Notes: generated by a model not told the origin, from the sequence alone. DNA of 14,206 nucleotides from Candidatus Hodarchaeota archaeon (GCA_016840035.1 JAEOTC010000169.1:1-14206); one strand, 5' to 3'. Shown: positions 1-7,902, counted from the first letter of the stretch. Program-made: numbers and translations.

Positions 1-841
1 AATACAATAATAGTCCTGATTTGTTGATGACCATAAGTTTACGTAATCGATGGAATTGTAATAATCCTAGCGGTGCACTGACATAGGCTCGATATATGAG
101 CAAACTTCCCACTATAACACTTATATGCGAAGCAAAGTGTTGTAAAAAGATATGAAATTCGGGTTGTACAGCATTTTCTAAGAATCTAGCACTCACAACA
201 ACAACTAAAGGGATAGCAAAAAAGAAAATTATTGACATTTGAAGCATCAAGGATTGAGTTTTTTGCTTTTTAAGTGTAATCTGACCTTTAATCTTCTGAA
301 GAGAGTAAATTGATACGATAATTACGTATCCTACAAAATAAGCAGCAGGAAAGTTGGTTGTATAAAGAAGAATAAGTACCGTTAGGAGGATGGCAAAAAG
401 ATCCTCAATATCTCGAACGAAACTTAACTCAGTTGTCATGATATCTGGGAATAAAACAGGATAAATCATATTAAGAAGGAAAGCTCCGAGGAATATTCCA
501 TAAATTGCCGCATGAATAGGTGAGACTTGATCTTTCCGAAAGAATTCAATAAAAAGAAGAAAAACTCCAGAAGATAACCCACCATATAAGGGGAATAGAT
601 AGTTAACAATATTGCCTTCATTTCGATAAAATTGGACGGGATCTCCAATATTTAGGATGTAAAAGAAGAATTCAAATCCTACGAAAGCAATAAAGGCCAA
701 ATATAAAGCTATTAATATTCCAATAACAGGAATTCTTGTTTCTCGCCATCTAGTTCTCAGAGATAAAATTAAAAAGATGGAAACACCTATCTCCAGTGAG
801 AAAATAATAAATCCTATTATACTAAGTGTTCCAAATGCCAT
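1..841 (-). CDS. 7-transmembrane protein with the start of a probable C-terminal longin/roadblock-like domain (partial; runs off the window's left edge)
   Basis: Not in the ORF track; translated by hand. ATG at 841-839 opens a frame with no stop to the edge (280 codons): MAFGTLSIIGFIIFSLEIGVSIFLILSLRTRWRETRIPVIGILIALYLAF...HISVIVGSLLIYRAYVSAPLGLLQFHRLRKLMVINKSGLLLY. About seven hydrophobic segments are followed by a hhhhNKSGLLLY beta-hairpin typical of longin N-termini. Purine-rich AGGAAGGG lies just upstream on the minus strand. Confidence 0.85.
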   Translation of the reverse strand, partial: MAFGTLSIIGFIIFSLEIGVSIFLILSLRTRWRETRIPVIGILIALYLAFIAFVGFEFFFYILNIGDPVQFYRNEGNIVNYLFPLYGGLSSGVFLLFIEFFRKDQVSPIHAAIYGIFLGAFLLNMIYPVLFPDIMTTELSFVRDIEDLFAILLTVLILLYTTNFPAAYFVGYVIIVSIYSLQKIKGQITLKKQKTQSLMLQMSIIFFFAIPLVVVVSARFLENAVQPEFHIFLQHFASHISVIVGSLLIYRAYVSAPLGLLQFHRLRKLMVINKSGLLLY

Positions 842-854
842 TTAGCGACCCTTC

Positions 855-870
855 CTACCTTTAAAGGTAG
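855..870. promoter_or_regulatory. Perfect 16-bp palindrome CTACCTTTAAAGGTAG, candidate operator/TATA element
   Basis: Exact self-complementary sequence with a TTTAAA centre, 14-29 nt upstream of the 841 ATG, in the divergent intergenic region. Confidence 0.5.
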
Positions 871-980
871 ATAAGCAGAAATAACCTCAGAATTCCGATA
901 AGAGGATTTTTTTCAAAGTTCTTAAACACTTGGAAATTATCTGTCTCCTTACATCAGAATCTAAATAGAAGAACAGAATA

Positions 981-1757
981 ATGACATCTTTTCTTTCTCA
1001 AATAGTTGAGGAAACACTTTCATACGAATCCAAGTATTCTAATCTTAAATTTGAATCCGTCGTTATTGGTATTCGGTACACCTGTGTACTTCTTTCTAAC
1101 GGGTCGTGTGGTGTAGCATATACATTAATTGACAACAAGGCAAAAAAAGAATCCCAAAAGAAGTATCTGTCGGAGAAATTTATTTCTGAGCAAGATCTTC
1201 CTACTGTGATGAATTATTGCACCTCAAAATTTTCTATATTCCGAAGTATCGGTATTGCGGCACTCAATGCATTTTCACAGGCAAATTTAATTATCGATAA
1301 GACGCAAGAAAATGAGTTGTTTAGCATTTTCTCAGAGAAATCAGGTACTGTAGGAATGATTGGAGATATACGCCCTATTACCCAATTTTTCGTCCAAAAG
1401 GGATTTAATATAAAATTACTTGATAAATCTTCCTCACCTAGCGACAATCCTCAAATAACATCGATTGATAATATTTTGGAACTAAAAAACTGCAATCATG
1501 TTATAGTATCGGGTTCGGCTCTTGTTTTTGAGAATTTTGATCTTATTCGTGACATTCTGCCCACTATTCAAGGTGAGCGCGTTCTCATTGGCCCATCTGC
1601 TCAAATCTTCCCCAAAATAGCCTTTAAACATGGTTTTACGTTCATTGGAAGTTCCAGAATTATTGATACAACCTCAACAGTGAGAGCAATCATGGAAGGA
1701 GGCGGATATCGTGCTTTTAAAGAATTTACACAGAAATACTCTTTTCGAGATATTTGA
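981..1757 (+). CDS. DUF364 family Rossmann-like protein (DUF4213/enolase-N-like domain + DUF364; putative heavy-metal chelation)
   Basis: Motifs VVIGIRYTCVLLSNGSCGVAYT, RSIGIAALNAFSQ, VGMIGDIRP, VIVSGSALV, LIGPSAQIFP, IMEGGG match the DUF364 pattern; 258 aa. Confidence 0.85.
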   Translation: MTSFLSQIVEETLSYESKYSNLKFESVVIGIRYTCVLLSNGSCGVAYTLIDNKAKKESQKKYLSEKFISEQDLPTVMNYCTSKFSIFRSIGIAALNAFSQANLIIDKTQENELFSIFSEKSGTVGMIGDIRPITQFFVQKGFNIKLLDKSSSPSDNPQITSIDNILELKNCNHVIVSGSALVFENFDLIRDILPTIQGERVLIGPSAQIFPKIAFKHGFTFIGSSRIIDTTSTVRAIMEGGGYRAFKEFTQKYSFRDI

Positions 1758-1841
1758 CTCTCCTGTTAGAATTTTGTCGAAAAGACCCAATAAGCGTTGA
1801 TGACACGCTTTAATCATTGTTGGCACTTTTCGATATCTCGA
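1740..1841. repeat. Cluster of CTTTTCGA / TCGAGATAT motifs, including a 9-bp inverted repeat
   Basis: TCTTTTCGA 1740-1748 and TCGAAAAGA 1777-1785 form an inverted pair. CTTTTCGA recurs at 1826-1833, overlapping the near-palindrome TCGATATCTCGA 1830-1841. Confidence 0.5.
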
Positions 1842-1904
1842 TGTATTATCTATCAACAGTTCCAATATCTTAATCACGACAGAAATAATTGGAAGATTTC
1901 ACTC

Positions 1905-2168
1905 ATGTCAGTAACGACTCAATTTGGATTCAAAAAGTCCTTAGACCGTCTAATGCAACTAGTATATATTTCATCGAACTTTTTCACCGACCTTGAGGTT
2001 CAAAACCAGGTTTGTGCACTGAATGTCAAAGATACCTATTCCGAATCCGAAAAAAATCAATTATTAACTTATTTTTTGGATTTAGTTGAATCTCTTTCCC
2101 TTGAAAGAATCTATCTCACTCAAGATCCCAATGATGAGAACCGTTATTTCTACAACGGAGGGTTTTGA
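1905..2168 (+). CDS. Small hypothetical protein (87 aa)
   Basis: The track starts this ORF at 1797, but the N-terminal extension looks non-coding. ATG at 1905 gives MSVTTQFGFKKSLDRLMQLVY...RYFYNGGF, a plausible helical protein with no recognised family. Confidence 0.6.
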   Translation: MSVTTQFGFKKSLDRLMQLVYISSNFFTDLEVQNQVCALNVKDTYSESEKNQLLTYFLDLVESLSLERIYLTQDPNDENRYFYNGGF

Positions 2169-2247
2169 CTTGTATTCAGATTACTATACTGTACCCAATA
2201 AGAAATCAACTCCCAAGAATGTGATACACTACTGGAAGGAACCCCGA

Positions 2248-2610
2248 ATGAGCACACAGAAGACAAATCAAAAATCGGTGGAAAAGCAAGAAAGAGAAGC
2301 CGAGGCCTCACGATTAGCTGATAGAGCACTGTTATTACTTTCATTCAAAGATACTCCAAGTCAAAATCTTCATCATGTATTACAAGTTTTGGGAATTCAT
2401 TCTATAGAAGAAAAGAAAAGTATCTTGCAAGAAATTTTCCGATTAATCCGAGAAGGTATTGTTTATGTACCCAAGGGTCTACCTTTGCTTATCGATCAGG
2501 GGATAGATAATCTTGATAACATCTCTGAAATCGATCTAGTCCTTCTCAAACCCTACGATCAGTTGATATCAGAAATTCAACGAGATATTTCCATTTTTAA
2601 CAATGGTTGA
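2248..2610 (+). CDS. Hypothetical protein with probable winged-helix domain (120 aa)
   Basis: The track's start at 2086 overlaps the previous gene; ATG 2248 is preceded by GGAAGGA (SD-like). The segment ADRALLLL...NLHHVLQVLG...EKKSILQEIFRLIREGIVYVPKG has the helix-helix-helix-wing pattern (LxxEGxhYxP) of MCM/RPA32 C-terminal-type winged helices. Confidence 0.65.
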   Translation: MSTQKTNQKSVEKQEREAEASRLADRALLLLSFKDTPSQNLHHVLQVLGIHSIEEKKSILQEIFRLIREGIVYVPKGLPLLIDQGIDNLDNISEIDLVLLKPYDQLISEIQRDISIFNNG

Positions 2611-2616
2611 TTCCTT

Positions 2617-3036
2617 ATGCAGAAGTTGAAGAAACTACCGTCTCAAAATTCTGAATTGATTAGTACAGCACAAATGAACGAACTTAAAATTCATTTAAGA
2701 TTATCAAATAGTATATGTGATGATACATTGACAGCTAAATGGCAACATATTCAACACATGATGATTGATTTAGACCTAGATCCTAAAATGAATATTAAAG
2801 AATTGGCACAGCTTTATTATAAATTTGAAGACTTAATTGAGGTTTTTAAGCTAAATTCTTACACTTTTCGCCAACTTGAGAAACTTTTGATAGAAATCGA
2901 AACGGTAAGGGATATGTTAGATAATTCACGCGATGTTCCCCTTCAACAACTTGTCTTCCAACTATCATCGTACGATATTCCATCATTAGGGGTGGGGAAT
3001 AACTCAATTCTAGAAAAACTCATGAAATATTATTAG
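2617..3036 (+). CDS. Hypothetical alpha-helical protein (139 aa)
   Basis: Clean ORF starting 6 nt after the previous stop; amphipathic helical pattern; no recognised motif. Confidence 0.7.
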   Translation: MQKLKKLPSQNSELISTAQMNELKIHLRLSNSICDDTLTAKWQHIQHMMIDLDLDPKMNIKELAQLYYKFEDLIEVFKLNSYTFRQLEKLLIEIETVRDMLDNSRDVPLQQLVFQLSSYDIPSLGVGNNSILEKLMKYY

Positions 3037-3049
3037 TACTGTCTCTTTC

Positions 3050-3093
3050 TTCGAGATATACTCATTGTCACCCGTTTTCATCCTTTTCGAGAT
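3050..3093 (+). repeat. Two further TTCGAGAT motif copies (TTCGAGATAT 3050-3059; CTTTTCGAGAT 3083-3093)
   Basis: Identical to 1744-1753 and 1741-1751 respectively. Confidence 0.5.
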
Positions 3094-3109
3094 CTATTCT
3101 GGGTATAAT

Positions 3110-3131
3110 TTTTGATATAATAATATCAAAA
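3110..3131. promoter_or_regulatory. Operator-like inverted repeat TTTTGATAT-AATA-ATATCAAAA
   Basis: Perfect 9-bp arms with a 4-nt spacer, about 59 nt upstream of the 3190 ATG. Confidence 0.5.
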
Positions 3132-3189
3132 GAATAAAAAATCCACTTATAGTTCAGATGTTTGATACAGAAAAACAAGGTCATTTATT

Positions 3190-4716
3190 ATGTCACTCCC
3201 TTTTTCCATTAATTCAGCTCGAGATTGGATAACTAACGTTCCATCTTTTCTCACCTCCCTTGAGGAATATTCTGATTTTGTAAGAAATGCAGGAGCAACA
3301 AGCTATCTTGCAAATACTCTTGTTCAAGTCTTTAATGAAGCGAAAGAAGAACTTCTGTTAACAATTTATTCTATTCTCAAAGAATCGTCTGATGTAGGAA
3401 AATTTGTTATGGTTCAAGTACTTTTAAATGCTACAAATATCTGGACTGATATAGTTCAGTCCGCACAGATAAAACCTGCATTAACAGCCCTTGCTCTCTC
3501 ACCAGACAAGCTGTATACCAAAGACGCTATACACTTATCTCAAAAACTTGAGGAAATGTCAACAGGGGACATAATCAAGGATAAGCTCGAGGACTCTATT
3601 TCAAATATGATCGAAGAAAGAAAAATGGAAAAATCCGCGCCAGAGCCCTTAAGAGACGATGTTTTCGGATCGAGTGCACCAGAAAAGAAGAAAGCAAAGA
3701 GAAGCATACCTCCTCCATCCCCTGAACCTACTCTACCACCCCCTTCTCCCCAACCAGCTCCAAAAGCAGCTCCACCTCCAGCAGCACCTGCTAGGGTATC
3801 TGAACCATCCCCTCCACCCCCCTCCGTATCAGTTGGTGCAAAAGCGGCAGGAGCAGCAAGATCCAGATCTGTAGAGAAGGAAATGTTTGATGAGGTAGAA
3901 GAGGAACTAGAAGCAGCTATGGAAGAACCTACACCTGCTGAAGAAGCTTTTGATGATCAAGCTATTGAGGATTTGAAGTTTGAGGAAGGAGCTACTCCAG
4001 TTTCAGGTACTCTTGGTATTGCACCTGGAGCTCCACCCCCAAAAAGTGTTTTCACGCATGTTCATTATTTCAATCGAATGAATTCCAGAAAAACTTACCC
4101 CTTCACAGTCTCATTATCCAGTGCTGCGAAGAAAGTGAGAGCTCGGAAGATGCATATCCTTTCGGGTGAAAGGGAAACAGAGAAACAGGCTGAATTTGAA
4201 CTTGATCATCTCACGAGGCAGATTATGGTAGAATTACTTATTTCTGGGTGTCTAGTACAACCTAACTTTCAGTATGTTGATCCTGATAATTTACCTGTCG
4301 AGCTAACCTTTTATATTACCCCACTTGTAGAAGCAGGGTATGCAGCTTCCAAGATTCAAGGACAGTTATTACTCAAGAATGATGTTGGAATCGTTCTTCA
4401 GAACCTTCCACTCTCGGATATTTTCGTTGTCAGTAATCGGATTTCTAAAATTGCGGCGCTTGTAGGTGCAATTGGAGGAGGAACACTACCTGCTCTTGAT
4501 TTTCTCTTTGGTGTTAATTTACAGGAGGCATTAACAGGTCAACTAGAATACACGGCTCCTGATATAGCAAGTTCCATCGATATCCGATCAATGATTACAG
4601 TAAGTCAAATTGCCATCTTTATTGTCTTTATCAGTATAGGATTACTTTGGTGGTGGCGTAAAGGACGATCTCGGCGCGCCCCTGAAGAAAAACTATCACT
4701 TAGTCTACCTCAATAG
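3190..4716 (+). CDS. Membrane-anchored hypothetical protein: helical N-domain, polyproline tract, acidic tract, beta-sandwich domain, two C-terminal TM helices
   Basis: 508 aa. Pro-rich PPPSPEPTLPPPSPQPAPKAAPPPAAP...SPPPPS (about 3709-3825). Acidic DEVEEELEAAMEEPTPAEEAFDD. Beta-rich HYFNRMNSRKTYPFTVSL...VELLISGCLVQP...LTFYITPL. Hydrophobic IAALVGAIGGGTLPALDFLFGV and IAIFIVFISIGLLWWW followed by basic RKGRSRR. Confidence 0.85.
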   Translation: MSLPFSINSARDWITNVPSFLTSLEEYSDFVRNAGATSYLANTLVQVFNEAKEELLLTIYSILKESSDVGKFVMVQVLLNATNIWTDIVQSAQIKPALTALALSPDKLYTKDAIHLSQKLEEMSTGDIIKDKLEDSISNMIEERKMEKSAPEPLRDDVFGSSAPEKKKAKRSIPPPSPEPTLPPPSPQPAPKAAPPPAAPARVSEPSPPPPSVSVGAKAAGAARSRSVEKEMFDEVEEELEAAMEEPTPAEEAFDDQAIEDLKFEEGATPVSGTLGIAPGAPPPKSVFTHVHYFNRMNSRKTYPFTVSLSSAAKKVRARKMHILSGERETEKQAEFELDHLTRQIMVELLISGCLVQPNFQYVDPDNLPVELTFYITPLVEAGYAASKIQGQLLLKNDVGIVLQNLPLSDIFVVSNRISKIAALVGAIGGGTLPALDFLFGVNLQEALTGQLEYTAPDIASSIDIRSMITVSQIAIFIVFISIGLLWWWRKGRSRRAPEEKLSLSLPQ

Positions 4717-4757
4717 CCAATTACAATCTTTATAGGATCTCCTAAGTAACTAGATGA

Positions 4758-5609
4758 ATGCCTATGACCTTTCGTACTGGAATTACCATCCAAGCTATTG
4801 GTGACTTAACTCCATCCAATGTCGTTGATCTTGCCATGGCCATCAATCTCAGACATATAGAATTTGATCCTTCCGTTTTTTCGGACATCACAAGAGTCAT
4901 TGAAAGATTGAATTCTGACCAAACCACAATCCATGCTCCTTACATGGAAGATTACAAAATGGATCTTTCATCTCAAACTCCTGAAATTGATAAGCTAATT
5001 GAGGACATTAATCACTGGCAAACAAGGATGAATATCATAGGTGTGGTAGTCCATCCCCCCCTTGACGCAGGAGGAGACATGGGGAAATTCTATGATCGTC
5101 TAGACCTCCTACCCCTTCCATTACTTGAAAATATGCCGTATCAAACATGGGAGGATTTCTTGGAATTTTTTGATACAATTAAGTCTAATGTGAATAATCC
5201 GTTGGGAATGTGTTTTGATATTCCTCATTCCTTCATAACAAACGGTGATCAGTTTCTTGAAGTCCCAAAGGAGGTACATAACCATTTATCTTCAGCAAAT
5301 GGTTATATTCATATTTCTGGAGGAACGGCAGAAGAAGATACTCATTATCCTTTATTAACTGAAGGGAATATGCCATTCCAAGAAGTTCCAGCTTTTCTAG
5401 ACCGAATAGCATTCAAGGGAACGGTAACTATGGAACTGTATCCCCGTTCATTCCAGGACATAGATAAAATCCTTCGCTCATACATTATGATGCTTGGGAT
5501 ATCCAAAAGAAGGATGCATAAGCTTTCTGTTCAGATTAAACGTCCATTTATTATGCGAAGAATCAATAACCTTGCGAAAACTAAACAACTCCCCTCTCAG
5601 AAAAGCTAG
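4758..5609 (+). CDS. Sugar phosphate isomerase/epimerase / AP endonuclease family 2 (xylose isomerase-like TIM barrel) metalloprotein
   Basis: Characteristic motifs TIHAPY, VVVHP, LLENMP, CFDIPH, YIHISG, DTHYPL..G, GTVTMEL. Confidence 0.85.
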   Translation: MPMTFRTGITIQAIGDLTPSNVVDLAMAINLRHIEFDPSVFSDITRVIERLNSDQTTIHAPYMEDYKMDLSSQTPEIDKLIEDINHWQTRMNIIGVVVHPPLDAGGDMGKFYDRLDLLPLPLLENMPYQTWEDFLEFFDTIKSNVNNPLGMCFDIPHSFITNGDQFLEVPKEVHNHLSSANGYIHISGGTAEEDTHYPLLTEGNMPFQEVPAFLDRIAFKGTVTMELYPRSFQDIDKILRSYIMMLGISKRRMHKLSVQIKRPFIMRRINNLAKTKQLPSQKS

Positions 5610-5616
5610 GTAGTTT

Positions 5617-6129
5617 TTATCTACTCGGTTCTTCAAAAAGACTCGTACCGAATACATTCTTAATTTTCTCCGATCTTGGTAACATATAACCAATATATAT
5701 GGGAAGAAATAATAATAGATATAATAGTAGAAAATCAATATTAATTTGAGGATGGTAGAGCTGAGTAATGAGAAATAATAGAACAACTGATCCAAGATAA
5801 TAGAATTGGACTATTGTTCGCATTACACCTTGGACAAACCAATGAATAGGTAGATGCTTATTATGAAAGATGAAGTAATAATAACTTCCTAAAGAATAGA
5901 GAAATAATGTGACCCCTACTAGACAGCTACCAGCAAAACCAGATAACATGGATATTTTTCTCGCATAGATCATACCAGAGGAAAAAAGAAGAGACCAAAA
6001 TATTATACCAGCAATCATAAGCCCGTATCCCAACGTAAGAACTCCTAGTGCTCTTTGAATTTGAACTGGCTCTTGAGCACTAATTTTTTCCATTACGTTT
6101 TCGATTTCTTTTTTGTCCATTTCCTCCAC
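5617..6129 (-). CDS. Four-TM hypothetical membrane protein
   Basis: 170 aa with four hydrophobic segments; start is either GTG 6129 or ATG 6120. Confidence 0.75.
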   Translation of the reverse strand: MEEMDKKEIENVMEKISAQEPVQIQRALGVLTLGYGLMIAGIIFWSLLFSSGMIYARKISMLSGFAGSCLVGVTLFLYSLGSYYYFIFHNKHLPIHWFVQGVMRTIVQFYYLGSVVLLFLITQLYHPQINIDFLLLYLLLFLPIYIGYMLPRSEKIKNVFGTSLFEEPSR

Positions 6130-6230
6130 GGGAAGAAAAATTCATTAAGTCTTAGGTAGAGACAGTAAGATACCTTTTGGACAAACGAGTTCAAGAATTT
6201 TCTGATCGTGGCAGTTTAACGGTGGTCAGT

Positions 6231-7895
6231 GTGACGGTTCCTACTTCAACCCCTTGGTGGAAAAAATCAGTTTTTTATCAGATTTATCCCAGATCGTATT
6301 CTGATAGTACAAATAATGGAATAGGTGATCTTCGAGGAATTATCAACAAAATAAGAGGAGGATATTTAACAAAACTAGGTATTGATGCGATTTGGCTATC
6401 TCCCATGTATCCATCCCCACAAGAAGATTTTGGATATGATATTACGGATTTTAATGCAATTAATCCAGAATATGGAACAATGGATGACTTTGATGAACTG
6501 CTTGAAGTATTACACGCGAATAATATAAAAATCATTCTCGATATGGTTTTGAATCATACCTCACATAAACACAAATGGTTTAAACAATCAAAAACAAGTC
6601 TTACGAATCCCAAACGTGAATGGTACGTTTGGAAAAAGGGGAAGGGAAAGCATGGTAAATCACCTCCTAACAATTGGAAGGCAATTATTGGTGGATCCGC
6701 CTGGGAGTGGGATGAAACCACAGAGGAATTTTACCTTCACCAATTTCTTCCCTGCCAACCTGACCTTAACTGGCAAAATTCTGAAGTAAAAAAAGCAATG
6801 TTTAATTCTATGAAGTTCTGGCTAGACAAAGGTGTTGATGGGTTTCGACTGGATATCATTCACACAGTTTTCGAAGATACGCAATTTCGTGATAATCCCA
6901 GAAGTATATATCTTCTTCCATCTCATTTACGTCTTGATTCGCTTTTTCAGAATCCGATTTTCACTCAATTTTTACCTGAGACCGTTGATCTTTGTGTCGA
7001 TCTCCGTTCACTTGTTGACAACTACAATCCTGAAAGAGTTTTGATTGGTGAAGCTGCGGGTGGGCCCGAAATTATTTCTCCGCTATATGGAACTCCAGAA
7101 AAATCAGGATTAAATCTTGTTTTTGATTTCCAATTTGCAAACCAATCTTTTTCGTCAAAGAAATTTAAAAATTCGATTCTTGATTCAATAACTCATTTGA
7201 ATGACTTTTGGCCCTGTTATACCTTCTCAAATCATGATACTGTGAGAATGATTTCACGATATGGAAATAGTGAGAAAAAAGCAAGAGTTCTTACACTTTT
7301 ACTATTAACAGTCAGAGGAACTCCTGTAATCTATCAAGGAGAAGAAATTGGTATGCATCAGGGGAAAATACCACGAAACAAAGTAGTTGATCCGATAGGA
7401 AAATGGAAAATATGGGGTTTACCACTTGGTAGGTTCTTTGGAAGGGATGGATGTCGAACACCATTTCAATGGACTAACTCAAAGATCAACGCTGGATTCT
7501 CATCAAATCCAGATGTGAAACCTTGGTTGCCAATATCTTCAAATTTCCAAAAGATAAATGTGGAATCACAGGAAAAAAATGAGTATTCCATGTTTAATTT
7601 CTATCGAGAGTTATTACGATTTAGACACGAGAATGAATGGCTCCAGGAGGGGAAAATGGAATTTATAGAAACACAATCAAAACATTGTTTAGCTTTCTCT
7701 AGAAATCTAGGACCTAATTCAGGCATGGTTATCCTGAATTTTCATAAAAAGCCAATCCGAATTATAAATCCCTTTTTGAATTCAGAAAAAGTATTTTCAA
7801 CAGATACTTTATCACATTCAAAAGTATTGGAAAAGTACATTACTGTAAACAGGTATGAAGGGATTATTATTCAAAAGAAGAGCTTTCGTGATTGA
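6231..7895 (+). CDS. GH13 alpha-glucosidase (oligo-1,6-glucosidase/maltase-like group)
   Basis: WWKKSVFYQIYPRSY, DFGYD, DMVLNHTS, QPDLNW, catalytic GVDGFRLD, IGE and SNHD, plus YQGEEIGM and GRDGCRTPFQW. Likely start is GTG 6231 after GGTGG rather than the track's TTG 6177. No signal peptide. Confidence 0.93.
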   Translation: MTVPTSTPWWKKSVFYQIYPRSYSDSTNNGIGDLRGIINKIRGGYLTKLGIDAIWLSPMYPSPQEDFGYDITDFNAINPEYGTMDDFDELLEVLHANNIKIILDMVLNHTSHKHKWFKQSKTSLTNPKREWYVWKKGKGKHGKSPPNNWKAIIGGSAWEWDETTEEFYLHQFLPCQPDLNWQNSEVKKAMFNSMKFWLDKGVDGFRLDIIHTVFEDTQFRDNPRSIYLLPSHLRLDSLFQNPIFTQFLPETVDLCVDLRSLVDNYNPERVLIGEAAGGPEIISPLYGTPEKSGLNLVFDFQFANQSFSSKKFKNSILDSITHLNDFWPCYTFSNHDTVRMISRYGNSEKKARVLTLLLLTVRGTPVIYQGEEIGMHQGKIPRNKVVDPIGKWKIWGLPLGRFFGRDGCRTPFQWTNSKINAGFSSNPDVKPWLPISSNFQKINVESQEKNEYSMFNFYRELLRFRHENEWLQEGKMEFIETQSKHCLAFSRNLGPNSGMVILNFHKKPIRIINPFLNSEKVFSTDTLSHSKVLEKYITVNRYEGIIIQKKSFRD

Positions 7896-7902
7896 TCGAA
7901 TC

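Noticed and set aside
466-648. 60-aa minus-strand ORF in the track
   Set aside because: It lies in a different frame inside the much longer 841->1 membrane-protein ORF on the same strand.
1-841. Rhodopsin (helio- or schizorhodopsin) identity for the 7-TM protein
   Set aside because: No retinal-binding lysine in TM7 and no RYxxW/RWxEY motif in TM3.
1739-1757. DUF364 and GH13 proteins both end in SFRD
   Set aside because: Four-residue coincidence with different codons; no evidence for a targeting signal.
1797-1904. N-terminal extension of the ORF ending at 2168 (likewise the 2086, 6177 and 9045 starts of other ORFs)
   Set aside because: The extensions have atypical composition, overlap neighbouring genes or promoter motifs, and better downstream starts exist.
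2608-2619. In-frame TGA between the 2248-2610 and 2617-3036 ORFs as possible selenocysteine read-through
   Set aside because: No redox-motif context and no recognisable SECIS-like hairpin downstream. GGTTGA over the stop works as an SD-like site for the next ATG, so ordinary translational coupling explains it.
3709-3825. C-rich low-complexity DNA as a repeat element
   Set aside because: Fully explained by proline codons; no regular repeat-spacer structure.
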